DNA from: Bacteroidota bacterium
GTDB lineage: Bacteria; Bacteroidota; Ignavibacteria; Kryptoniales; JAKASW01
Reading direction: 5' to 3'
NCBI GenBank assembly: GCA_021789975.1
Contig: JAJYIT010000007.1
Coordinates: 59,444 to 123,443 of the forward strand
Length of the DNA: 64,000 nucleotides
Shown here: positions 26,956 to 36,450 of the stretch, in pieces
How the letters are laid out: each line of letters opens with the position of its first letter
How positions within the stretch are numbered: position 1 is the first letter of the stretch
Position numbers and translations under genes: made by a program
Notes under the pieces: generated by a model
The model's input: only the letters and a program-made list of their open reading frames with translations
Told to the model about the DNA's origin: nothing
Database searches by the model: none

Positions 26956-27555
26956 ATGGCTAATTCAGAATTCATCCGCCGCGTGAGGTGGCGATTATCG
27001 AATCATTCAGTGTGGGAACACTTGAGGGGCCTGTGGTTTGCGCGGAAGATGACTAGGCACGGCATCATCGTCGTGACAGGTGGCCGACCTTCTCCGAAGA
27101 TTATCAACAAAGGCGGAAAAATCATCGTACAGAACTGTCAGTTTTACGAAGGCGTGCGATTTGACGTCGGCAAGAACGCAACCGTATTGGTCGGCAACGG
27201 TACCTATCTTAACCGGAATACAAACATTGTCGCACAAGACAGAGTGGAAATCGGTCGCAACTGCAAAATAGCCTGGGACGTTGTAATAATGGATACGGAC
27301 CTGCACGCAGTTGACGGAACCGTTTTGGAGAACAAGCCCGTGGTAATAGAGGATAATGTCTGGATAGGATGCAGGTGCATCATCCTCAAAGGTGTCAGGG
27401 TTGGCACCGGTGCGATCATCGCGGCAGGTTCGGTGGTTACAAAAAACGTTCCGCCGAATTCAATTGCAGCCGGAGTGCCTGCACGAGTCATCCTGGAACG
27501 AGCGCGTCATGCAGAATTAGAAAAAAAAATTCCAATTGACGATCCAGAGAAATAG
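26956..27555 (+). CDS. Left-handed beta-helix (hexapeptide) acyltransferase, WcaF/maltose O-acetyltransferase-like
   Basis: DTDLH, PVVIEDNVWIG, ILKGVRVGTGAIIAAGSVVTK, AGVPAR. Confidence 0.92.
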   Translation: MANSEFIRRVRWRLSNHSVWEHLRGLWFARKMTRHGIIVVTGGRPSPKIINKGGKIIVQNCQFYEGVRFDVGKNATVLVGNGTYLNRNTNIVAQDRVEIGRNCKIAWDVVIMDTDLHAVDGTVLENKPVVIEDNVWIGCRCIILKGVRVGTGAIIAAGSVVTKNVPPNSIAAGVPARVILERARHAELEKKIPIDDPEK

Positions 27556-27666
27556 TAGAAGTTCCTTGCAGGACGCGGTCCGGCAGTTGCAAATCAGGGT
27601 TCAACTTCTACAGGAACTTATGATGTCGCTTCAACGTCATGAAAGTTAAAGATCCTCTATTAGTTT

Positions 27667-28420
27667 CTACTTCCCGGACAAGACGTCCACGACTTGCATC
27701 TCTTCGATCAACTTCACATGCTGGTCGCCTTCAACAAATGAGTGGCGACCGTTTTCATCGAGTGATTCTCGGACTTTACTCTTTATGAAACCCTGTTCAC
27801 AAGTCAGAGGTTTTAAGTTGCCGATGACGTCTTTCCCGACAAAGAACGCGTTTTCGCCGCCGCCATCGGAGCCTATAAAGTAATAACATTTGTTCTCTGC
27901 GAGAACGCAAAGCGCCTTGAGCGATGCACCCAAACAAAGCCGCGAGTAATACGCCTTAGTTCGCACAAAGTCGGGAGTATACGGAATGCTCATTGTGTCT
28001 CCCGCCCCAAGAAGGTTATTATATTCACAAACCACAATCTTCTGTAAACTTGTATCGATTTTCTCCTACACCCAGTAGTCGTTCCCGTCGATGTCTACGC
28101 GAAGTAAGCCGATGTCGCCGCTGAATCCGGCACCATTAATAAGCTCGTTCCTGTTATCGCCGTTGATAAACGCGCAGATCGCAATAATGTCATGACTCCA
28201 GCAAAGAAATTATTTCCTGATCCGGTCTACATTGACCGGGTCACCGTCGGTCACCGACCCTCGCCAGTTGTTGTTCATGAGAAGGAATCGCGTATTGGAT
28301 TGGCAATAATCTTCAACTCCGAATTCTACGAAGACCTCTTTTCCGGCATTCTCGAGAAGAAAAATTGAATTATGCCATTTTCTCTGTTTTGTGAAAACGC
28401 CTGAACCCTCTCGACGACAA
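27667..28420 (-). pseudogene. Degraded FkbM-like/Methyltransf_21-type polysaccharide methyltransferase
   Basis: Reconstructed as FSQNRENGIIQ [frameshift near 28340-28360] VFVEFGVEDYCQSNTRFLLMNNNW...K*...DIDGNDYWV*...VVCEYN...GASLKAL...NAFFV; in-frame stops at 28210-28212 (TAA) and 28066-28068 (TAG). Confidence 0.75.
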
Positions 28421-28513
28421 ATCGTTCTTTCGGGAATCGGTCAGCATATCTCGCATGTACAGTCTGGCTAACAGGATCCGATTCTGCCCCACGGAATCAA
28501 CCAGTGGGTCGAA

Positions 28514-29263
28514 TCAAATTCGCTCAGTTGCCTCCACTTGTTTTCTCCCAAGAAAAATCGAAATCAGGATCGTAACCGGGAATCTGACGGTCGCAGTAAA
28601 GATTCTATTGATCCTCTGCGGTTGTTTAATAAGTCTGTAAAGCCACTCAATGCCTGCGGAGCGCATCCATGCCGGCGCCCGCGGGACAACTCCGGCAATA
28701 AAGTCAAACGTCCCACCCACGCTCATAGCGATCTTAGGAGTCAACCTGTTCTTGTTCTCGTAAACAAATTTTTCCTGCTTTGGTACGCCAAAAGCTACAA
28801 GGAGAATGTCTGCTTCCGAATTGTTGATCCGGTCGACAAGGCCGTTTTCATTTGGGGTACCGGAGTAAGTGCCGGCGATTCTAAGTGCAGGATAGGCTTT
28901 CTTGAGACGCTCTGCCGCCTTAGCTGCTATCCCTTCTGCAGCTCCAAGAAAAAAGATCGAGTACGAATTGTCAGAGGCAATCTTCGCCACCTCCCACGTG
29001 AGATCGACACCCGGAATTCTCCGCCCTACTTCAATGCGGAGGACTTTGGCAGCAAAACGCAGCCCGACCCCGTCCGGTATGGTGAGATCGGCTGCATTTG
29101 AAATTTTCAGAAGTTCCGAGTCGTGACGCGTCGCCATAATGAACTCCGGATTTACCGGTATCACATGATGAAGTTTCTCACTCGTCAGGAATGTCTTGAG
29201 CCTGGAAATGACCTCGTCGTAACTAAGCCCGTCCAGTCTGACCGAAAGTATCTCCGCCGCCAT
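28514..29263 (-). CDS. WecB/TagA/CpsF-family glycosyltransferase (GT26)
   Basis: NPEF, PDGVG, RIPGVDL, FFLGA, VAFGVPKQE, VGGTFDFIAG, RAPAWM, EWLYRL..QPQR. Confidence 0.93.
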   Translation of the reverse strand: MAAEILSVRLDGLSYDEVISRLKTFLTSEKLHHVIPVNPEFIMATRHDSELLKISNAADLTIPDGVGLRFAAKVLRIEVGRRIPGVDLTWEVAKIASDNSYSIFFLGAAEGIAAKAAERLKKAYPALRIAGTYSGTPNENGLVDRINNSEADILLVAFGVPKQEKFVYENKNRLTPKIAMSVGGTFDFIAGVVPRAPAWMRSAGIEWLYRLIKQPQRINRIFTATVRFPVTILISIFLGRKQVEATERI

Positions 29264-29266
29264 CTC

Positions 29267-32146
29267 TTAGTTCACGCCCGGGCCGAGCCGGTTGAAGAAG
29301 AGGAGCGAGGCCGCCCTCTTGTACCGGGGAAAATCTGCCAAGGTAAGCAGGTCAACTATAAGGGACTCGAGTGAATCAGGAGGGAACTCCCTGAGAAGCT
29401 GCACTTTGCCTTCGGATCTGTTTGCGCGTGTGAGTAGCTGGACAGCACTTAGAAGTCCTGACTGAATGTTCCCCTGGACTACTTTCACTTTCTCCTGTCT
29501 TGCCAGGTCCCTGATTCTTGTAGAACAGTTTCCGGGTGAGAATGCTATATTCACCTTCTCGAGCATCGGAATGTCTTCGTCGGAATCTCCCATTGCGATC
29601 GTTTGCCCTGTGAATTTCTTTAAGTACTCTTTGTAAGAAGCTACTGCATTCCCCTTATCGTTCCTGATGCCAACGAGGTAGGTGTCAGCGCCGTGAACAA
29701 TCGCCTTTAATGATTTGACACCTGCTCTCTTAATGACGGATTCCGCCTCTTCACTCGTAAGTCCAGATATTCCGTGTTTCGCATACTTGAATACCCTGAG
29801 TGCGTACTTGTAATCGGGATCGATGAAGACACCGTCGGAATTGCCAATGACCTCCCGGCAGGCGTTAAGAGCGGCATTGACGTCATCATCAATCAGAGGA
29901 ATTTCTGTCTTACGCTCATTGTCGTAGATAACGCTACCGTACTCGCCGATACCGGCGACAAATCCGTAAGCATTGCAATAGTTTTTGATATGCTCCACAC
30001 TTCTGCCCGTATTCGGTATCACCGAAATGTCGTCCGAACGCAGCAGCGAAAGCGCTTTCAAACCGTTTTTCGTGGTATGAGGAAAACCAAGGAACTCAGC
30101 ATCAAACACGCCGTCCAGATCCATGAAGAAGATCGTCGAATCTGTTGAGAGTGATCGGCTGCATTTTTCCGTCAAGAGTCCGGCAGCAAACTCAGCCATC
30201 GCATAGACCCTGAAGTTCCACCCGTGCAAAAAACGTCTGTGGAAATATTCGGCATCGTCGCTTTCCCTTCTGTGAAGGATGCGGTGAAACATTCGGTCAG
30301 ACTCAGCCGCTCCATACAAAAGCTTGTAGAGAAACACCCTTTCAGATAATGTCCTTACGTCTCCACTTTCCCTGGAGTATTTATTGACCAGGTTTTCCTC
30401 ATCATGAACATCCAGTGAAAATTCGAACGATGAGATTGCAAGATCGTAGGCCGGGTCCACTACGTCAAGTTCGGGAGCACCAAAATTATGGTGTTCGAAA
30501 TCGGTCTTTACCATGCCGGTTTCCGTTTTAAGCCATTCATCAGGCATCATTTTCCCGTCCACCAGTGCGTGAGGCGAATAGAGCGATCTCTTCAAACGCT
30601 TGAGCAGGACGCCGTTCTTGGGATAACCCATGAAGTTTCCATATACTCTTCTCAGAAGTGCAAGGATCTCAAGCCATCCCCATCCAAGATAGCGTGGATC
30701 GCCTTTCGGATCTTCGTCGAGTGAAAGTCTTTGGTTCCTTGCAGCCAGATAGGCTGCCATTTCATCGAGTGCCTTTTCTGTCAGATCCTCTCTTGTCAAC
30801 GGTGTGCCGTCCACCCACTCAGTAAAAAGGATCCCTCTCCTTAAGGTGATTAGTTTGGGAACGAATTCTTCCAGCGCCAATCCGGCAAAAAAAGAATGGT
30901 AACCGAGCCATCCGAGCCCGACCGCTTTACCAATTATCCTTTTCGCCTCAATCGTACCATCTTCCCTGATCACTTCCATGTCATAGACTCTTTTCAGCCG
31001 CACCTGGTAACTATCGGCATAGTGGCTCCAGAGTTTCCGGTTGATTTCACGGGTCCCCGGGTCCTCAAAGACTGAAACAGCGCGCGCACCGTATCTCTCA
31101 AAATGTTCCCGCATGATGCTCTCGACGTTTGCCGGCTCAAACAATTTCTTCATAAAGAGATCATCCTGGTTCAACGTCAGGACCATAACTCTGTTGTCGG
31201 AAGGAATCTGTCCGACCGGTTTGTGTGGATGGATGGGGGCCAGGATTACTATGTTCTTTGCCGGGATGCCAAAACCTTTGACAATTTCCTCAAGCATGCG
31301 GAAAGTCCCGCCGGTATTCGAAAAGTCGTCGATTAAAATAACGCTCGTTCCGTTGGTAAGCTTTTGCGCAAGCCACTTCCGTTCGAACTCATGAATCCCG
31401 AATTTCGGTCGAACAGCGATCCAGGAAACATCACGAATCCCTTTCGTTCCGAGATACGCCTTCAGCAAAGGACCCAGGTAACTTCCTGCAGTTCTAGATC
31501 CGACAATTACAATCTTTTGCTTCTTGTTAGGCATGGCGTCCAGGAATTTATCTCCAAGCGCAAATACATCGTGGTACGACATATCCTGGCACCGAAAGCC
31601 CTCGTTAATCTTCATTCGCGCGACGCGGGCACCCCCCGGTAGGACCAAATTCCGGTAACTGTTCAACGACTCCCGCATCGCGGATACTTCATCTCGTGTG
31701 AGAGTTCTCGATTCAACCAAGAGTCTGCAAACAAGGTCAAGTCTCTCTTCCCATTCCGATTTCCACCGGAAGAGCTTCCTGTAGCGCATATCCCCGATTA
31801 GTGACGGAATGAAGTTGAGAAACCTCTCAGCCTTCCCTGAGATTCCCCTGAACTCTGGAAAATGGTTTGCCAGAGGCCTGATATAGAAGGGACGTCTGAG
31901 TAGATAATCGTCCAGGGTGCAGCTTATGGCAGATGAGAATATATATAGGTTTATTCTCGATTCCTCTTGTTGCCAACCGGCTTGGGATCTCTCGTGCATC
32001 TTGAGTTCCGCATCCAAACGGTTAATCAACTCATCGAGCTTCAGAAAGGGATTCAGAGACCAACGATAATTGGAATAGAAAAGGTATTCAATTGTATCTA
32101 TGTCCGGCACAGGCGTCGTTTCCACACCCGGGGTGTCGTTACTCAT
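29267..32146 (-). CDS. 959-aa multidomain protein: type I PRTase-like + APH/protein-kinase-like + HAD-IIB phosphatase
   Basis: PRPP-loop-like VILIDDFSNTGGTF and IVIVGSRTAG; kinase-like ..IIGK..LFTEWVDG..VDGKMMPDEWL..VKTDFEH..DPAYDLA; HAD motifs DLDGV, NTGRS, DKG, GDSDED. Confidence 0.75.
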   Translation of the reverse strand: MSNDTPGVETTPVPDIDTIEYLFYSNYRWSLNPFLKLDELINRLDAELKMHERSQAGWQQEESRINLYIFSSAISCTLDDYLLRRPFYIRPLANHFPEFRGISGKAERFLNFIPSLIGDMRYRKLFRWKSEWEERLDLVCRLLVESRTLTRDEVSAMRESLNSYRNLVLPGGARVARMKINEGFRCQDMSYHDVFALGDKFLDAMPNKKQKIVIVGSRTAGSYLGPLLKAYLGTKGIRDVSWIAVRPKFGIHEFERKWLAQKLTNGTSVILIDDFSNTGGTFRMLEEIVKGFGIPAKNIVILAPIHPHKPVGQIPSDNRVMVLTLNQDDLFMKKLFEPANVESIMREHFERYGARAVSVFEDPGTREINRKLWSHYADSYQVRLKRVYDMEVIREDGTIEAKRIIGKAVGLGWLGYHSFFAGLALEEFVPKLITLRRGILFTEWVDGTPLTREDLTEKALDEMAAYLAARNQRLSLDEDPKGDPRYLGWGWLEILALLRRVYGNFMGYPKNGVLLKRLKRSLYSPHALVDGKMMPDEWLKTETGMVKTDFEHHNFGAPELDVVDPAYDLAISSFEFSLDVHDEENLVNKYSRESGDVRTLSERVFLYKLLYGAAESDRMFHRILHRRESDDAEYFHRRFLHGWNFRVYAMAEFAAGLLTEKCSRSLSTDSTIFFMDLDGVFDAEFLGFPHTTKNGLKALSLLRSDDISVIPNTGRSVEHIKNYCNAYGFVAGIGEYGSVIYDNERKTEIPLIDDDVNAALNACREVIGNSDGVFIDPDYKYALRVFKYAKHGISGLTSEEAESVIKRAGVKSLKAIVHGADTYLVGIRNDKGNAVASYKEYLKKFTGQTIAMGDSDEDIPMLEKVNIAFSPGNCSTRIRDLARQEKVKVVQGNIQSGLLSAVQLLTRANRSEGKVQLLREFPPDSLESLIVDLLTLADFPRYKRAASLLFFNRLGPGVN

Positions 32147-32643
32147 CGATCCTCCTTCATCGAGTCAGCCCTCGATGGCATAGTTATATATAACGCTCTC
32201 GGTGACAATCATTAAAGATCGGTAGAAACCCTTGTACCGATCGAATCCAGCGTATGAAGAAATCTCGATGACATAATTAGGCTTTCGGAAATTTCCAATT
32301 AAGTTCAGCCCGTTGCGTCTATATAAGGCGACGAGACAGGTGTCTCCGTCAATCGCCATCAGCTGCCTGTATACGCTCAAACCGAAAGACTGAGTCTAAA
32401 TGCACAAAAGACCAAAGAAGTAACCATGAACGTCTTCGCGCCATCATTTTGACAACTCTCCCTCATCGCTAAACGGCGAGTAGTTCATAGGACCCTTGCT
32501 GGGGAAATCTCCCCCTCCAACCGACAGGCTCTCAATATATGTAAACTGGTTTCTCGTTCAACCGGTTCCAAATCACGCGTTTTGGGAGGCACAGATTCTT
32601 CTCGCTTTCCGTGGCGAGAGCCGAAAATGGGAGCTTGGAGGCA

Positions 32644-33984
32644 TCATTCCTGCCGCGAGTCTTCCTTTACTGGCTTGGCTGATCTGCTCAGAGATTTTGA
32701 GAAGTAAGAAACGCCAAATTTCGCCAGATCTTTAATTTTGTTTCCGAGGAACTTGAACATCATGGCAGAGGAGGGCTTCTCGGTAATCAAGTACCTCTTG
32801 AATTCGTGGTATTCTCTGTTCACTCGAATCGGGACCTTCCTGGCAAACTCCAACAATATGAAAAGTCTGAACCTTATGTTGCCGGAAGCGCTCGGATAAT
32901 AGATCCGCGCCATCGTATTCGAGGTCTGGACGCACTTGAAATCCTTATACTTGTATGCCTCCTTACCGCGCAACATATCGTAAATCTGTGCGCCCTCTTC
33001 TATTCCCTTCTTGATCGCCTGCGAGTGCAAAACATAGCCGGGGCTGTATCTCATCGCTTCACCGGAACCGTTGGCATTTGCCTGATAAACATAGATACGG
33101 TTGTGAAAGACGAAGCTAAAATTCACAGCCACCCTCTTCCCGTTCAACTTCAGAAAATATATTTGCAGCCAACCGCGAGACGCAAATTTTTCGGCAACCT
33201 GTATGTGAAAATCGAGGTGCTCGGGGTTATCGAACGCACTTTCATAGCCAAGCCCTTTCCAGCGTCCACCGTGAATTGAAGCGAAGGTCTCAACCGCCGC
33301 TCCCACATCTGTCACCTGCTCGCCGAACTTCTCTACTTCAAATTTGAAGTTCTCCATCAACTTCTCAGTCTTTCTCTTCAGCTCGTGTCTTGCATGTCGC
33401 CCAAGCTGCTGTAAGAAACCATCCCATGTCTGAGGAAGTGGCACATGCGAGCAAAGAGTCCCTTGGTACTCCCGAACGGAGCAACTGGTATTCCTGAGGC
33501 GATCTACTAACTCGCGGGAGAGCGGAGTGAATACATTCACATCCGACATTTCAAAAATATCCCAATGTTTCCTATTGCGATCCAGATGTTCGAGGACAAC
33601 CCGGACGAACGATTCTTCGTATCCGGGCATTATAATCGGCTCAAGATAATCGGATAGACCCGTGCCGATGTATCGCAGCCATGTCGCAACCTTGACCCCC
33701 AGGAAGTTTACGCTCTGTTTGAACAATGGCAGGATTCCGATTATCCGACCACCATCTGTCCCGACAAGAATATAGAGCTTCCTGTTTCCCCCCAGATACT
33801 TCCACCAGGTTCGCTGCCATTCATAGGTTTGGAATATCGTTACCTGAGCTTCCTCGACAAGCGCCTTCCAGACTTCTTCCATCCCATCGAAGCTGTCTTC
33901 AGTGTCTATGACCGAGACACGCAATTGCCTTTCCTGGTCAACCAGGAGAGGGGGATTCAACTTATTTGAATCAACAGTCATCAC
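32644..33984 (-). CDS. CelD/BcsL-family GNAT (Acetyltransf_6) protein
   Basis: IFQTYEWQRTWWKY, IGILPL, SDYLEPI, IHGGRW, YSPGYVL, YDMLRGKEAYK. Confidence 0.88.
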   Translation of the reverse strand: MMTVDSNKLNPPLLVDQERQLRVSVIDTEDSFDGMEEVWKALVEEAQVTIFQTYEWQRTWWKYLGGNRKLYILVGTDGGRIIGILPLFKQSVNFLGVKVATWLRYIGTGLSDYLEPIIMPGYEESFVRVVLEHLDRNRKHWDIFEMSDVNVFTPLSRELVDRLRNTSCSVREYQGTLCSHVPLPQTWDGFLQQLGRHARHELKRKTEKLMENFKFEVEKFGEQVTDVGAAVETFASIHGGRWKGLGYESAFDNPEHLDFHIQVAEKFASRGWLQIYFLKLNGKRVAVNFSFVFHNRIYVYQANANGSGEAMRYSPGYVLHSQAIKKGIEEGAQIYDMLRGKEAYKYKDFKCVQTSNTMARIYYPSASGNIRFRLFILLEFARKVPIRVNREYHEFKRYLITEKPSSAMMFKFLGNKIKDLAKFGVSYFSKSLSRSAKPVKEDSRQE

Positions 33985-34320
33985 CGTTTATCTCCTTTCG
34001 CGGCGCGCGATTTTCATTTTCCGCACTATCTCTCGATACAAACAAAACCAGAAGAAGATACCGAAGAGAAAACGCGGAAGCAATTGTAATAATACACTTT
34101 ACTTGTAAATAACAACTTTGCGAAGGCATGGCAAGTTCCAAACGATCATGACTACGTGACCTGAAACACTCTGCTGGCGAGTGCGGCTCGAATCGATATG
34201 GCCCATTGTTTATATTTGTACCGGTCCTATGAGTATAAGTCGGATCTGCAGGGGACGGAAGTCGCTGCATCGTAGATAATCGAATAGGTTGCGTAGTTCA
34301 ATAAAATCAGGGCTAAGACG

Positions 34321-35277
34321 TTGGCAGGCGTGAATATTATCAAAAAGGCCGTGGGGCAATTGCAGCAGGTACGCTCCATAGATGACGCAAAAATATATGC
34401 CAGGAAAATCTCTGACGCTGCAATCCATGGTGTCACAAATTACTTGGGACGTCCATCACCGCCGCAACTTCAAATAGAACCCACAAACATATGCAACGCA
34501 GACTGCATCAGTTGCCCTACTAATCGGGCCCGTCGGAAACGAGGGTATATGCCGATGGAATTGTTTAAGAAGATAATTGACGATGCAGCCAATATGCGGG
34601 TGAGGAGCGTGGCATTATACATGCACGGCGAGCCTCTTCTGCACCCGCATTTCGGGGACATGCTCTCTTATGTCAAAGAAAAAGGAATTGCTTTCTACAT
34701 ACGGACAAATGGATCCGCTCTGTCGGGAAGGAAAGCTGAAGAGATCTTGAGTGCCGGCGCAGATTTCACTGACCATGTCATTGTTTCCATCCTCGGATTA
34801 TCAAAGGACGTTCACGAACTGGTGATGGGGAACGTCCAGCATGAAAGGGTCGTAAATAATGTACTGAAGTTAGTTGAGACGCGAAACTCCAGAGGTCTCA
34901 GGGGGCCGGTCATCGAAGTAATCTTCTACGAAATGGCAGAGAATACACATGAGAAACAAGCCTTCCTTGATTACTGGTCAGGAAAAGTGGACCGAGTATT
35001 CATGGGCGAAACGTCCGTTTCCTTTGCAAACTACAACTTAGCGGAGCAGCCGGCAATCGTCAGAACTCATTCATGTGCGGAGATACATCACATGTGGGTC
35101 TTCTGGAATGGAGACGTTACACTTTGCGGGCAAGACATCAACGGAGAATACATCTTCGGCAATCTGGAGCATCAGACCATAAGCGATGTTTGGAACTCAG
35201 AGGGGTTGATGAACATCCGCAAAATTCATAAGCGGAATGAATTCGGTAAGATTCCGATTTGCTCGAACTGCGGATAG
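34321..35277 (+). CDS. Radical SAM / SPASM-domain protein
   Basis: CNADCISC (CxxxCxxC), GEPLLHP, TNG, C-terminal C..(VFWNGDVTLCGQD)..FGNL..W..CSNC. Confidence 0.9.
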   Translation: MAGVNIIKKAVGQLQQVRSIDDAKIYARKISDAAIHGVTNYLGRPSPPQLQIEPTNICNADCISCPTNRARRKRGYMPMELFKKIIDDAANMRVRSVALYMHGEPLLHPHFGDMLSYVKEKGIAFYIRTNGSALSGRKAEEILSAGADFTDHVIVSILGLSKDVHELVMGNVQHERVVNNVLKLVETRNSRGLRGPVIEVIFYEMAENTHEKQAFLDYWSGKVDRVFMGETSVSFANYNLAEQPAIVRTHSCAEIHHMWVFWNGDVTLCGQDINGEYIFGNLEHQTISDVWNSEGLMNIRKIHKRNEFGKIPICSNCG

Positions 35278-35502
35278 CATGCTTGAAGAGGGGACTGTGT
35301 TGCACGGCCCGGTGGCTTGGCACTCGAGTCTCCGCCGGTGGTTACAATTTCCTGCCGGTAGTAATTCTTACCTGAATACCAAGACAAGTGGGTTGTAACC
35401 GTCAGATGCAGAGCATAAACATGTGCTTTCGTATCCACTGAACGGCAGATAAGCCTGCGTTTACCTGTTGCGCCCGGCACGCCACTTGAACCCGATGCCA
35501 CT

Positions 35503-36450
35503 GTGGCTGTGCCAAGATTATATTACTATTCGAAATCGGAAGTCCGCTTCAAAGAGATCAGCTTCCCGCGATTTGTCCTAGCAACTTGCGCATTCATAGC
35601 TGCCCTTTCTTTCATGACAGTTGCCGCGGCGCAGATCGGAATCGATCCTCTTCACTTCAGAGATTTCCAGTACAGAGGTATTGCTCTGAGAAACGCCGGA
35701 TTGAAAGCTGAGCTCGCCTCGTTCGCCGACAAGCTGAACTCCTGTGAGAAAACAATGGGCCGATTGACGGGTAGCAACGACCTGCTCAGGACTGTAGTTA
35801 ACCTCCCACCCATCCCCCGCGGAGTTAGGGAAGTTGGTATCGGAGGTGTGAAAGAGAACTTCGACTACGGGGTTTCAACTCGCGCAAATGCGCTCATAGC
35901 CTCTGCAACTCTGAAGCTCCAGTCATTATATAGAGATGCACGATTACAGCGCCGAAGCTACGATGCCATCCGGCGCCAATACAAAATGGACGAGCAGCTA
36001 TACCGTGATCTGCCGGCAATCGATCCGGTAACAAGCGATTTGGTATCGAGCCCATTCGGCATGAGGTTTCACCCAATACTCCACATCATGTTGATGCACG
36101 AGGGGATGGATTTTGCGGTGAACGTCGGAACAAAAGTACACGCCACTGGTCACGGAACAGTGGAGTATGTCGGTAGAGAAGGAGGCTACGGCAACGTTGT
36201 TGAGATAAAGAACGGTTTCGGTTATACGACATTATTTGCTCACCTCGAGAAAGCACTGGTCAGGGTTGGCCAGAGAGTGGAGAGGGGACAGGTGATCGCG
36301 CTTAGTGGAGACACGGGTCTTTCAACAGGCCCGCATCTTCACTACGAAGTAAGAAAGAACGGCATCCATGTCAATCCGGCAGGATATTTCTTTTCATCGA
36401 AACAATTCCGCAGAAAGATTCTCTTCAAAGAGATCGCTAGCATTAAATGA
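35503..36450 (+). CDS. M23-family metallopeptidase with N-terminal TM and coiled coil
   Basis: FGMRFHPI, HEGMDF (HxxxD), GYGN, TLFAHL, TGLSTGPHLHYEV (HxH). Confidence 0.93.
   Translation: MAVPRLYYYSKSEVRFKEISFPRFVLATCAFIAALSFMTVAAAQIGIDPLHFRDFQYRGIALRNAGLKAELASFADKLNSCEKTMGRLTGSNDLLRTVVNLPPIPRGVREVGIGGVKENFDYGVSTRANALIASATLKLQSLYRDARLQRRSYDAIRRQYKMDEQLYRDLPAIDPVTSDLVSSPFGMRFHPILHIMLMHEGMDFAVNVGTKVHATGHGTVEYVGREGGYGNVVEIKNGFGYTTLFAHLEKALVRVGQRVERGQVIALSGDTGLSTGPHLHYEVRKNGIHVNPAGYFFSSKQFRRKILFKEIASIK

Noticed and set aside
32165-32380. 71-aa minus-strand ORF between the GNAT and the PRT-kinase-HAD gene (possible carrier or precursor peptide)
   Set aside because: TTG start without a clear RBS, no ACP (DSL) or PqqD motif and no composition bias; it cannot be supported without conservation data.
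35503-36450. M23 peptidase as part of the glycan tailoring system
   Set aside because: It is an ordinary, widespread architecture separated by a 225-bp gap; nothing in the sequence ties it to the locus.
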